Assembly: GCA_963704755.1 (NCBI GenBank)
Contig: OY969938.1
Span: 4,320,001 to 4,352,000 of the forward strand
Origin: an uncultured Chloroflexia bacterium
GTDB lineage: Bacteria > Chloroflexota > Anaerolineae > Anaerolineales > Anaerolineaceae
Length of the DNA: 32,000 bases
Direction of reading: 5' to 3'
Both the position numbers and the translations under genes were made by a program. Positions 1 to 8,710 of this stretch are shown here, piece by piece. The stretch's first letter is position 1. Each line of letters starts with the position of its first letter. The notes beneath the pieces were generated by a model. The model searched no databases and was not told the origin of the DNA. It saw nothing but the letters and a program-made list of their open reading frames with translations.

Positions 1-2
1 TT

Positions 3-872
3 ATGGTGATGTTGGGTATGGCACTCTATGATACCTGTACAGATGGCCTGGCATTGGATACGACCCCGGCGGAAGAAGAGGGCACCATTCAGGGATTTAT
101 GGTTGGCGGCCGTGCGGTTGGGGTTGTGTTGATTTCGGCGGTTATCGGGCTGCTGGTAGAGCATAATTCCTGGTCCGTGGCGTTTTACGCCCTGGGTATT
201 TTGACTTTGCTGCCCTTACCGCTGGTCTTTGCGGTCCATGAGGCCGAACGGCGGCCGGACCAGAAATTCGAATGGAAGGCATTCAAGGCCTTTGCCTATT
301 GGCCGATCATCGCGCTGGGCTTGTTAGGCGCGCTGTACTCGTTGGTGATCAACGGCGCAAATGAGATTGTCAACCCCTTCCTGCAAAGCAAATTCGCCAT
401 CAGCACCTCCATGGCCGGTTTCGTCACCACCGTCTGGGGCCTGGGAGTGGTATTGGGGTCCGTCACCGGTGGACGCCTGACCGATCGCTGGGGCCAGCGC
501 CGCTCTGTTTTCAGAGCGATGATCCTGTCGTTGATTGCCGTGGGTTTACTGGCCTTTACCCAGGCGCATTGGCAGGTCTGGCCGCTGGTATTCCTGTTCG
601 GGTTGGCCTTCGGCTTCTACGAAACGGTTTATTTTGCCATTTCCATGGACCGCACCGACCCGCGCATTGCCGCCTCGATGTTTTCGATATTAATGGCAGT
701 GGCCAACGTGGGTACCGGGATTGGCCTGGCCATTACCGGCGCGATGGTGGATGGGCTGGGGTACCCGCTCTCCTTCGGGGTGATCGCCCTGCTCAACCTG
801 ATCGCCCTGCCGCTTTTGCCGGCGATTTTCGGGCGCGGCCGAGCCGCTCAGCCCCAACCGGCTGGGGAATAA
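3..872 (+). CDS. MFS-type transporter, C-terminal part (5' end lies outside the window)
   Basis: ORF is open to the window edge. It has repeated helix-length hydrophobic segments (AVGVVLISAVIGLLV, WPIIALGLLGALYSLVI, FVTTVWGLGVVLGSVTGG, LIAVGLLAF). The loop GGRLTDRWGQRR resembles the MFS G-x-x-x-D-R-x-G-R-R motif. Confidence 0.7.
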   Translation: MVMLGMALYDTCTDGLALDTTPAEEEGTIQGFMVGGRAVGVVLISAVIGLLVEHNSWSVAFYALGILTLLPLPLVFAVHEAERRPDQKFEWKAFKAFAYWPIIALGLLGALYSLVINGANEIVNPFLQSKFAISTSMAGFVTTVWGLGVVLGSVTGGRLTDRWGQRRSVFRAMILSLIAVGLLAFTQAHWQVWPLVFLFGLAFGFYETVYFAISMDRTDPRIAASMFSILMAVANVGTGIGLAITGAMVDGLGYPLSFGVIALLNLIALPLLPAIFGRGRAAQPQPAGE

Positions 873-893
873 GGGCGCCACAGCGGGTAAAGC

Positions 894-1442
894 ATGGCTG
901 ATAAATACCCTGTCCCATTGCCGAACGCGTATTGGGTGATCCCTGGCCGTTTTCTGGCGGGAGAATATCCCGGCGCCATTAACGAACAGGAAGCCCGGCT
1001 TAAGATCGGCAATTTGTTGGGTAGTTCGATTGACGCCTTTCTCGACCTGACCATGCCCGATGAACTGCTGCCGTACGAGCAAATCCTGGTGGAGGAAGCC
1101 GGGAACTGCCGGGTCGAGCCGGTTTACCGGCGTATGTCCATCTACGACCTGTCTATTCCCAGCATCGAAGAGATGAACGCGATCCTGGATGAGATCGATG
1201 CTTTGCTGGAGCAGAATCATAATATTTACCTGCACTGCTGGGGCGGCATCGGCCGTACCGGGACGGTGGTCAGTTGTTACCTGGTCCGCCATGGGTTGGA
1301 CGGCCAGGCGGCCTTGAAGGAATTGCAATGTCTACGGCAGGGTGCATCGAGCGCCAGGCGGCCGAGCCCCGAAACGATCGAACAGCGGCGCTTCGTGATG
1401 CAATGGAAGCTGAGAGGCGAGGTGCAGCCTTATGAAAATTGA
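894..1442 (+). CDS. Cys-based protein-tyrosine / dual-specificity phosphatase-like protein
   Basis: HCWGGIGRTGT matches the C-X5-R-(S/T) PTP P-loop signature. Length is 182 aa. The 3' end overlaps the next gene by 11 nt. Confidence 0.75.
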   Translation: MADKYPVPLPNAYWVIPGRFLAGEYPGAINEQEARLKIGNLLGSSIDAFLDLTMPDELLPYEQILVEEAGNCRVEPVYRRMSIYDLSIPSIEEMNAILDEIDALLEQNHNIYLHCWGGIGRTGTVVSCYLVRHGLDGQAALKELQCLRQGASSARRPSPETIEQRRFVMQWKLRGEVQPYEN

Positions 1443-2148
1443 GATGATGGGCCTGGACGATTGCGACCAGGCTGAGGGGCTGGTCGTGGTGATCGATGTG
1501 GTCCGCGCGTTCACCACAGCGGCTTACGCCCTGGCGGGCGGTGTAGAAAAGATCTACCTGGCGGGTGAAATGGATGAGGCGCTCAAACTGCACGAACGCT
1601 TTCCGGAAGCCGGCCTGATGGGCGAGTTGAACGGGAATCGCGTGCCCTATTTCGATCTGTGGAATTCTCCGCGTGAGGTGCTGGAAAAAGGCTCCCGCTG
1701 GAAAACGCTGATCCATCGCTCGAATGCCGGAACGCAAGGGGTAGTGCGGACCCGTAAGGCAAAGATCACGCTGGCGGCCAGTTTTGTGGTGGCAGGTGCG
1801 ACCATTGCAATGATCCAAAATATCGCCCCGGACCAGGTGGCGCTGGTAGCCACCGGGGACCGGGTTGGCGGCGACGGTGGGATCGAGGACGTGGCTTGTT
1901 GCGAATATATCCGCGACATGCTGCTGGGAAAGACCTCCTCCGCCGATGCTTACTTGAAAAAAGCCAGCCAGGTGACCGGCGTCTTCGAACGCAGGCCGGA
2001 AGCTTTTGCCGTCGAAGTCATCCTCGACATCCCCTATTGCCTGGAACTGGATAAATATGATTTTGCCATGCCGGTCGAACGGCGGGAAGGATTAAATGTA
2101 ATACGACCCGTTCGCGGCAGTGATCCGGGATCGCTTTCCGGAAAGTGA
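1432..2148 (+). CDS. 2-phosphosulfolactate phosphatase (ComB) family protein
   Basis: Family-typical blocks VVVIDVVRAFTTA, GELNGNRVPYFDLWNSPRE and EDVACCEYI. GAGGTG lies 8 nt upstream of the ATG. Confidence 0.7.
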   Translation: MKIEMMGLDDCDQAEGLVVVIDVVRAFTTAAYALAGGVEKIYLAGEMDEALKLHERFPEAGLMGELNGNRVPYFDLWNSPREVLEKGSRWKTLIHRSNAGTQGVVRTRKAKITLAASFVVAGATIAMIQNIAPDQVALVATGDRVGGDGGIEDVACCEYIRDMLLGKTSSADAYLKKASQVTGVFERRPEAFAVEVILDIPYCLELDKYDFAMPVERREGLNVIRPVRGSDPGSLSGK

Positions 2149-2680
2149 GGTTGAATTGGTCACAAAGAATACGGTGGTCATCCTTCCGGAAGCTACGGAA
2201 CATATTGGTGCCATCGATGCTGTCGAACAGGCAGCTTTCGGCCGGGTCGATGAGGCCCGCCTGGTGAGCGTACTCCGCGCACAGAAATATGTCACTTTAT
2301 CTTTGGTTGCACTGGTGAATGAAAAAGTGGTTGGAAATGTTTTGTTCTCGCCGCTCAAGTTTGAGCCGGAAGAGGGCTCGCCCAGGGGAGTGGCTTTAGG
2401 CCCGGTGGCTGTGGCCCCGGAATATCAACACCAGGGTTTTGGCGTTCACCTGATCCGGGCCGGATTGGATATTTTGCGTAAGGATGGCTACGGATTGGTG
2501 GTTTTGTCGGGTAACCCCAAATACTACGGGCGGCTCGGTTTCGAGCCAGCCCATCGTTACGGGGTCGATTGCACCTTCCAGGCTCCGCGCGATTATTTTA
2601 TGCTGCTGGAACTGGCGCCCGGCGGTTTGAGTGGCTGGCAGGGCACGGTGCACTATCACCCTGAATTTGATTGGGTTTAA
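2120..2680 (+). CDS. GNAT family N-acetyltransferase (YhbS-like)
   Basis: Acetyl-CoA motif A region QHQGFGVHLIRAGLDILRKDG followed by YYGRLGF. The start is uncertain: GTG 2120 overlaps the upstream gene, while TTG 2156 follows a GAGG and is a plausible alternative. Confidence 0.8.
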   Translation: MIRDRFPESEVELVTKNTVVILPEATEHIGAIDAVEQAAFGRVDEARLVSVLRAQKYVTLSLVALVNEKVVGNVLFSPLKFEPEEGSPRGVALGPVAVAPEYQHQGFGVHLIRAGLDILRKDGYGLVVLSGNPKYYGRLGFEPAHRYGVDCTFQAPRDYFMLLELAPGGLSGWQGTVHYHPEFDWV

Positions 2681-2685
2681 TCGGT

Positions 2686-3120
2686 ATGGAATCATACCGG
2701 ATCGAACTTTTCAGCATGGCAGATTATCCCGCGGCGATCCGCTTGTGGCAGTCGTCGGAGGGCATTGGGTTAAGTAAGGCGGACGAGCCCGAACAGATCT
2801 GGGCTTACCTGGAGCGCAACCCTGGCTGCAGCTTTGTGGCCCGGGTGGAGGAGCAACTGGCCGGGGCGGTCCTTTCGGGCACGGATGGGCGCAGGGGCTA
2901 TATCCAGCACCTGGCCGTCGCTCCGCGTTACCAGCATCAGGGCATTGGTAAAGCGCTGGTGGCTGCCTGCCTGGACGCGCTGGCGGCCGCCAGCATCGAC
3001 AAGGTTCATATTTTTGTGTACAACGACAACCAGAGTGGGCTGGCGTTCTGGCAGAAGAACGGCTGGCTGCTGCGTGATAACCTGGTGATCCTGTCGATCG
3101 ATCTGCCGGAGACAGGGTAA
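2686..3120 (+). CDS. GNAT family N-acetyltransferase
   Basis: QHQGIGKALVAACLDAL motif A and C-terminal FWQKNGW. ATG 2686 lies 6 nt after the previous stop (the listed ORF opens at TTG 2671). Confidence 0.8.
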   Translation: MESYRIELFSMADYPAAIRLWQSSEGIGLSKADEPEQIWAYLERNPGCSFVARVEEQLAGAVLSGTDGRRGYIQHLAVAPRYQHQGIGKALVAACLDALAAASIDKVHIFVYNDNQSGLAFWQKNGWLLRDNLVILSIDLPETG

Positions 3121-3204
3121 CGGCGTTTCCCTAATCCTCTGGCCCCTTCCCTGACGGTCCGCGGGTGAAAGGGAGCTTTTGGCCGATCAAGTTTCAGTAA
3201 AAAA

Positions 3205-3265
3205 ATTTCGGAAAATTAGATATTTTCCGGTTTCTTTTCCATTGGGCTGAACGGTTTCAAAAATT
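3205..3265. repeat. Copy A of an intergenic repeat: short hairpin plus TTGGGCTGAAC-box tail
   Basis: Hairpin cggaaaat/attttccg (3209-3229) is followed by ggtttcttttccattgggctgaacggtttcaaaa. The tail matches 15836-15870, with 18 of 21 identical in the ttgggctgaacNgttNcaaa core. Confidence 0.5.
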
Positions 3266-3307
3266 AAACAGTAAAAAAATATTTAACGTCAGTTCGGGAT
3301 AAGAGTT

Positions 3308-3364
3308 TTTGAGCATATTTTTATTCGTGGCGGCACAGCCGCCACGAATAAAAATATGCTCAAA
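3308..3364. terminator. Perfect 27 bp inverted repeat with a 3 nt loop; probable bidirectional terminator
   Basis: tttgagcatatttttattcgtggcggc aca gccgccacgaataaaaatatgctcaaa. It lies between convergent genes (2686-3120 + and 3439-3900 -). The flanks continue as an imperfect palindrome. Confidence 0.6.
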
Positions 3365-3438
3365 TTACCTCTCTTTTCTTTTATTCCGAATTCATGTTAT
3401 TTAGATTTGGCGGTTTTTCGGCCAATTCAAGAATCCCC

Positions 3439-3900
3439 CTACCCCCTTAGGAAGGGGGTAAGAAATAGCAATCCATCCGGTTCGGCGCCCGCGGATGTTA
3501 AATTATCGGCAGGTAAATTGGACTGAACTGGCCGCCGGCATGGCGGGCGAACAGCGACATGCACAGAAACAGGCCAAAGATAACCAGGACCAGGAACAAG
3601 AACAAAGACGAACGCATCCGCCGGCGAGCCCGCCGCCAGCCAAGCGGGGGAATGAAATCGCGCCGGAATCTTACGGCCGCGCGGATAATAGCTCTCATCG
3701 AAGGGCTGCGGGTTTTCGTTGATGATCACGGTCTGATTGAAGGGGGGAGCGTTTTGGCCGCTTTCCGGTGGAGGCGCGGGTTTTTCGCCCAACGCTTCCG
3801 GGGTAAGGTGAATCCCGCAGAATGAGCAGGTCACGGTCTGCCCGGAAGTATGGTTTGGTAATGGCGCCCCACAGGAAGGGCAGTTCGTCAAGGCTGCCAT
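3439..3900 (-). CDS. Zinc-ribbon protein, probably C-terminally membrane-anchored; reading frame appears disrupted
   Basis: N-terminus CPSCGAPL-x12-CSFCG (a C-x2-C pair) is followed by a Pro-rich linker. The tail of this ORF looks non-protein-like. The +1 frame (3498-3698) encodes RRARRRMRSSLFLFLVLVIFGLFLCMSLF, an Arg-rich stretch plus a TM helix. A G5 run at 3646-3650 is a candidate shift site. Confidence 0.5.
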   Translation of the reverse strand: MAALTNCPSCGAPLPNHTSGQTVTCSFCGIHLTPEALGEKPAPPPESGQNAPPFNQTVIINENPQPFDESYYPRGRKIPARFHSPAWLAAGSPADAFVFVLVPGPGYLWPVSVHVAVRPPCRRPVQSNLPADNLTSAGAEPDGLLFLTPFLRG

Positions 3901-3910
3901 GCAGCACCTC

Positions 3911-4648
3911 CTAGCGCGGGTTAGATTTTTGCGGATTGCGCCAATTCTGCACCCGTTTTACTAATCTTACCAGACCCTGCCCGTCGTACAAAGTGATTGG
4001 TTTGCCCTGCACCCAGGTCAGTGCGGCCGGGCTGAATGTGCCGGTGGTGATCAAAAACGCCCGGTTGGCATTCTCGTGGAACATGGTACCGTAAAGATCG
4101 CGAACGAGCGGCTCACCCAGTACGCCTTTCCAGCGTTTGCATTGCACCACCCATTTTTCACCGCTGGAAGGGGTCACGACCAGGTCGACGCCGTGGTCAC
4201 CGGTGCGGCCGGTGTGCTCCACCCGGTAGCCGTACTGGCGGAAATAGGCGCCCACCAGCGATTCGAAGTCAGTGGGGGAGAGCAAGCGTAAGACCTCCAC
4301 GTCCTGGGCGGTCCAGAGGGCCTGCTGGATGCGCAGGTAGCTCAACAGGCGCGGGCCGGCACAGTACGCCAGCAGCGCAGCGCCGGTGAGGAGGAAAAGG
4401 ATGGTGTTGGCCGGTTCGGGGATAAGACCCAGGCCGGGAGCAGCGCTGTAGAGCAGGACCAGGCCGCAGACCGCCCAGGCGATCCAGGCCAGCAGCGACC
4501 CGGTCAGGCGGGTGCGCAGGCGGGCAGAAAAGGGTTGGCGGCGATTAGGCTGGACGAAAAGCGCAGCGACGAAAATCACCGGCCACAGGCTGTAAAGGAG
4601 TTGGAATAATGAGATCAAAATAAGGCAACCGGTTGGAGTATAGAACAA
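3911..4648 (-). CDS. Membrane-anchored restriction-endonuclease-like (Mrr_cat) domain protein
   Basis: Three N-terminal hydrophobic helices. The C-terminal block FESLVGAYFRQYGYRVEHTGRTGDHGVDLVV...KWVVQCKRW is typical of the Mrr catalytic (D...(Q/E)xK) fold. The start codon is uncertain (TTG 4648 or a later TTG/GTG). Confidence 0.7.
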   Translation of the reverse strand: MFYTPTGCLILISLFQLLYSLWPVIFVAALFVQPNRRQPFSARLRTRLTGSLLAWIAWAVCGLVLLYSAAPGLGLIPEPANTILFLLTGAALLAYCAGPRLLSYLRIQQALWTAQDVEVLRLLSPTDFESLVGAYFRQYGYRVEHTGRTGDHGVDLVVTPSSGEKWVVQCKRWKGVLGEPLVRDLYGTMFHENANRAFLITTGTFSPAALTWVQGKPITLYDGQGLVRLVKRVQNWRNPQKSNPR

Positions 4649-4727
4649 ATGTATTATAGCATATTTTTAATCCAAACTGCGGCGGAATAGATTTTGGCCG
4701 GTTAGCCCTGGAAGGGCAATTGATTCC

Positions 4728-4757
4728 TTGCATGATTTGGATCGCATAGAGTATAAT
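4728..4757 (+). promoter_or_regulatory. Sigma70-like promoter for tRNA-Pro
   Basis: TTGCAT (4728-4733), an 18 nt spacer, then TATAAT (4752-4757). The tRNA 5' end is 10 nt downstream. Confidence 0.5.
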
Positions 4758-4767
4758 CTTGGTTGTA

Positions 4768-4842
4768 CGGGGCGTGGCTCAGCCCGGTTAGAGTGCACGG
4801 TTCGGGTCCGTGAGGTCGGCGGTTCAAATCCGCCCGCCCCGA
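4768..4842 (+). tRNA. tRNA-Pro (anticodon CGG), CCA not encoded
   Basis: Hand-folded cloverleaf. Acceptor cggggcg/cgccccg, D stem gctc/gagt, anticodon stem cacgg/ccgtg with loop ttCGGgt, variable loop aggtc, T arm ggcgg-ttcaaat-ccgcc, discriminator A. Confidence 0.9.
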
Positions 4843-4850
4843 CAAGTTGT

Positions 4851-4881
4851 AGAGGGTGTACCCGACACCCTCTTTTGTTTT
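4851..4881 (+). terminator. Rho-independent terminator after tRNA-Pro
   Basis: agagggtgt acccg acaccctct followed by tttgtttt. Confidence 0.7.
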
Positions 4882-5071
4882 AAGGTGGAGGTGGCCAAAT
4901 TCGAAACCTAAAAAGATAAACATGTCTAATATGCAAGAAGCCCCACCACATTTAGCTAACCTAATCATTAGAAAGTGACTTTTTCAACACTCTTATAATT
5001 TTCTACTCGAGATCATCCTGTATATAGTAAAATTGGTTTACTCTAAAATCGTTAGAACAGGTCGTTGACGA

Positions 5072-5626
5072 ATGAAATTTACTCCTACTGCGATTCCCGA
5101 TGTGTTTGTGTTAGACCCCCAGGTCTTTCAGGACGAGAGGGGTTTTTTTATGGAGACTTATCGGGAAACCGATTTCGCTGACCAGGGCATATCTGTCCGT
5201 TTTGTCCAGGATAATCATTCCGGTTCTACCCAAGGAATTTTGCGTGGGCTGCATTATCAGCTTAATAATGCTCAAGGGAAGTTGGTTCGGGTAGTTGCCG
5301 GTGAAATTTATGATGTGGCCGTCGATTTACGCCGCTCCTCCGCTACGTTTGGAGAGTGGGTTGGTGTAAACCTCTCGGCCGAAAACAAGAGTCAAATTTG
5401 GATCCCGGCCGGTTTTGCCCATGGTTTTTACGTCATCAGCCAATGGGCAGAAGTGGTTTACAAGGCGACCGATTTTTATGCTCCCCAGTGGGACCGTACT
5501 CTTTTGTGGAACGATCCGCAAATAGGGATAACCTGGCCAATTCCGGCCGGCCAACAACCAATTCTTTCCACCAAAGATCAAGCCGGGAAAACCCTGGCTG
5601 ACGCTGAAGTATACGAAGATAGATAA
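5072..5626 (+). CDS. rfbC: dTDP-4-dehydrorhamnose 3,5-epimerase
   Basis: Typical RmlC blocks FQDERGFFMETY, GILRGLHYQ, KLVRVVAGEIYDVAVDLR, IWIPAGFAHGF. Sits in a cluster with rfbB, rfbA and rfbD. Confidence 0.9.
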   Translation: MKFTPTAIPDVFVLDPQVFQDERGFFMETYRETDFADQGISVRFVQDNHSGSTQGILRGLHYQLNNAQGKLVRVVAGEIYDVAVDLRRSSATFGEWVGVNLSAENKSQIWIPAGFAHGFYVISQWAEVVYKATDFYAPQWDRTLLWNDPQIGITWPIPAGQQPILSTKDQAGKTLADAEVYEDR

Positions 5627-5693
5627 TGCTGTAAATTTACCCGAAAGCAACCATTACAGTCAATCGATTGTCAATAGTTATGTGGAGGCAAAA

Positions 5694-6782
5694 ATGCAAA
5701 ATATTTTGGTTACCGGCGGCGCAGGATTTATCGGGTCGAATTTCATCCATTACCTTTTAAAGACCGACAAGAACGTCAATATTATTACCCTGGACGCATT
5801 GACCTATGCGGGCAGCCTGGAAAACCTGGTCGGTTTGGAAGACCGGGTGCGCTTCGAATTTGTCAAGGGGAACATCGGGGATCTTGAACTGGTCGATGAG
5901 ATCCTGCGGTCCTATTCAGTGGATACCATCGTGCATTTTGCGGCCGAATCACACGTGGACCGCTCGATCCTGGGGCCGGATCCGTTTATTCAAACCAACA
6001 TCCTTGGCACCTTCGCCTTGCTCGAGGCGTGCAAAAAGTTTTGGCTGGATGAAAAAACCCTGGCAGATACGCCGGTGCGGTTCCATCACGTTTCGACCGA
6101 CGAAGTCTTTGGATCGCTGGGCCCAAATGATCCGCCTTTCAGTGAAACCACACCTTATGCCCCTCATTCGCCATACGCCGCCTCCAAGGCTTCCAGCGAC
6201 CACCTGGTCCAGGCATATTTCCACACCTATGGCCTGCCTACTACCATTTCGAACTGCTCCAACAATTACGGGCCGCGCCAATTCCCTGAAAAGCTTATCC
6301 CGTTGATGATTTTGAACGCGGTGGAAGGAAAACCTTTGCCGATTTACGGGGACGGGCTGCAGGTACGCGATTGGCTGTATGTGGACGATCATTGTGAGGC
6401 GATCTACAAGATTTTGATCGGCGGAAAACTGGGTGAGACTTACAACATTGGCGGCAATAACCAACCCACCAACACCGAAATCATAGAAAAAATTTGCACC
6501 ATCCTGGACCGGCACAAGCCCAATTCGCCATATAAGCCGCATTTCAATTTGCGCCAGCATGTGACGGACCGGCCGGGCCATGACCGTCGTTATGATATGA
6601 ATTTCACCAAAATCAGTACCGAACTGGGCTGGCAGCCGAGCCACAACCTGGACGAGGGCCTGGAATTGACCGTCGAATGGTACCTGGACCACCCGGATTG
6701 GATCAAGAACGTCCATAAGCAGCACGATTTTAAAAGCTGGATCGAGAAAAATTATCGAAATCGAAGGGCGGTCTCATCATGA
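5694..6782 (+). CDS. rfbB: dTDP-glucose 4,6-dehydratase
   Basis: [14 protein letters not shown] Rossmann motif, [22 protein letters not shown] (YxxxK), [12 protein letters not shown] 5694 has GGAGG 5 nt upstream (the listed ORF opens at GTG 5682). Confidence 0.92.
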   Translation: MQNILVTGGAGFIGSNFIHYLLKTDKNVNIITLDALTYAGSLENLVGLEDRVRFEFVKGNIGDLELVDEILRSYSVDTIVHFAAESHVDRSILGPDPFIQTNILGTFALLEACKKFWLDEKTLADTPVRFHHVSTDEVFGSLGPNDPPFSETTPYAPHSPYAASKASSDHLVQAYFHTYGLPTTISNCSNNYGPRQFPEKLIPLMILNAVEGKPLPIYGDGLQVRDWLYVDDHCEAIYKILIGGKLGETYNIGGNNQPTNTEIIEKICTILDRHKPNSPYKPHFNLRQHVTDRPGHDRRYDMNFTKISTELGWQPSHNLDEGLELTVEWYLDHPDWIKNVHKQHDFKSWIEKNYRNRRAVSS

Positions 6783-7669
6783 AAGGGATCATTCTGGCTG
6801 GTGGCAGGGCCACGCAACTCTATCCATTGACACTGGTAATCAGCAAACAATTGCTGCCGGTGTATGACAAACCGATGGTTTATTATCCTCTCTCGATGTT
6901 GATGCTGGCCGGGATCCGCGAGGTGCTGGTGATCAGCACGCCGGAAGATATTCCCAACTTCAAGCGTTTGCTCAAAGAAGGTGACCAATGGGGGATGCAA
7001 TTCACTTACCAAATACAGGACAAGCCAAGGGGATTAGCCGATGCTTTTCGCGTGGGACGTGAATTCATCGGTAATGATTCAGTCTGCCTGATTTTAGGTG
7101 ATAACATTTTCTTCGGGCATGGCCTGCCAGCAATATTGCGGAGCATGGCTCATTCGATCGAACACGATGGTGGGGCAGCAGTTTTTGCTTATCCGGTGCG
7201 TGACCCAGAGCGCTATGGCGTTATTGAGTTCGATGTGAATGGTAAGGCAATAAGCATGGAAGAGAAACCTGTTGTTCCGCGGTCTAACTATGCCGTGCCT
7301 GGAATGTATTTTTACGACAATCAGGTAGTTGGAATTGCCGATAGGATAAAGCCGTCGCCGCGTGGAGAAATAGAAATCACCGACGTCAACCTGGCCTATA
7401 TGCAAAAGGGTCAATTGGCCGTTCAGGAGCTTGGGCGTGGAGTAGCCTGGATCGATGCCGGCACGCACGATTCTCTACTGCAGGCTTCGGGTTTTATTCA
7501 GGCGATTGAAGAACGCCAGGGAATGATGATTTCCAGCCCGGAGGAGATTGCTTTTCGAATGGGTTTTATCGATAGAGACCAATTTGCTGAATTGATCCGA
7601 GGATTGGGTAGCAGTACATACCAATCTCGGTTGGAATTGATGCTCAAGCAACTAAAAATTACGCCTTAG
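6779..7669 (+). CDS. rfbA: Glucose-1-phosphate thymidylyltransferase
   Basis: [18 protein letters not shown] (GxGxR motif), [33 protein letters not shown] overlap with the rfbB stop. Confidence 0.92.
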   Translation: MKGIILAGGRATQLYPLTLVISKQLLPVYDKPMVYYPLSMLMLAGIREVLVISTPEDIPNFKRLLKEGDQWGMQFTYQIQDKPRGLADAFRVGREFIGNDSVCLILGDNIFFGHGLPAILRSMAHSIEHDGGAAVFAYPVRDPERYGVIEFDVNGKAISMEEKPVVPRSNYAVPGMYFYDNQVVGIADRIKPSPRGEIEITDVNLAYMQKGQLAVQELGRGVAWIDAGTHDSLLQASGFIQAIEERQGMMISSPEEIAFRMGFIDRDQFAELIRGLGSSTYQSRLELMLKQLKITP

Positions 7670-7707
7670 TACTCAAATAGGCTGCTAAAAACAGGCTGGG
7701 AATAATG

Positions 7708-7742
7708 AAATCGGGTATATGTGTCTTTCATATACCCGATTT
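7708..7742. terminator. 14 bp hairpin between convergent rfbA and rfbD
   Basis: aaatcgggtatatg tgtcttt catatacccgattt. Confidence 0.6.
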
Positions 7743-7798
7743 GTGGTAGAGCGATTTTTCCTGCGATCGATAGGAAATTGCCTGATTTCAGGTGGAAA

Positions 7799-8710
7799 TT
7801 ATTTCACCATCTTGAACGCACCGGCCAGGGCTTCTTCCCAGGACGGCAGCGGCAATTTGAAGGTGTCCTTGTATTTGCTGCAATCCAGGGCGGTGTATAA
7901 CGGCCGCTGGGCCGGTGTGGGAAAGTCGGACGTACGGGCCGGAATCAGTTCGCGGGTGACTTGCTCGTCGCGCTGCGGGTCCAGCTCGAGGATTTTACGC
8001 ACCCATTCCAGGCGGCTGACGGCACCATCACCGGCCAGGTGATAAATTCCGCTGGTCTGACGGATGTATTCGACCGGGTCGTTGGCTCCCTGGCTCAAGG
8101 CAGTGCAGATGCCGGCGGCCAGCGTATGCGCCCAGGTGGGTGAGCCGACCTGATCGGCAACCACCTTGAGCTGTTCCTGCGAGCGGCTCCATTGGAGTAC
8201 TTTACGGACGAAATCATCGCGGGTCAGGCTATAAAGCCAGGCAGTACGGAAAATCCAGTAAGCTGCGCTGCTTTCCTGAATACCGATTTCCGCCGCCAAC
8301 TTTGACGCTCCGTAATAGTTGAGTGGATAAGTTGGGTCATCCTCACGATAGGGCGAATTTTTGAAGCCATCGAACACGTAATCGGTGGAGACGTGGATCA
8401 ACGCCGCATTTTGTTTTCGGGCTGTTTCTGCTAAAGCGACCACAGCCTGGTGGTTGACCAGGTCACAGGTCTCCTGTTGGGATTCGGCCAAATCGACATT
8501 CGTATAGGCAACTGCATTGACGATGACAGTGGGTCGGATTTGAGCGACTTTTTCTGCGACAGCGTCAGGTTGGGTAAAATCGATGTCCGGGTAGTCCAGT
8601 ACGTGTAAGGTTCCTACCGGTACGAGAAGCCGGCTCAATTCACTGCCGAGCTGCCCGACTTTACCGAGCAGAAGAATAGTTGGTTGCGGAGTTTCAGGCA
8701 TGATCACCAC
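7799..8710 (-). CDS. rfbD: dTDP-4-dehydrorhamnose reductase
   Basis: LLLGKVGQLG nucleotide-binding motif, VNAVAYTNVD, HVSTDYVFDG, YGASKLAAE (YxxxK). The start is either GTG 8710 or ATG 8704. Confidence 0.9.
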   Translation of the reverse strand: MVIMPETPQPTILLLGKVGQLGSELSRLLVPVGTLHVLDYPDIDFTQPDAVAEKVAQIRPTVIVNAVAYTNVDLAESQQETCDLVNHQAVVALAETARKQNAALIHVSTDYVFDGFKNSPYREDDPTYPLNYYGASKLAAEIGIQESSAAYWIFRTAWLYSLTRDDFVRKVLQWSRSQEQLKVVADQVGSPTWAHTLAAGICTALSQGANDPVEYIRQTSGIYHLAGDGAVSRLEWVRKILELDPQRDEQVTRELIPARTSDFPTPAQRPLYTALDCSKYKDTFKLPLPSWEEALAGAFKMVK

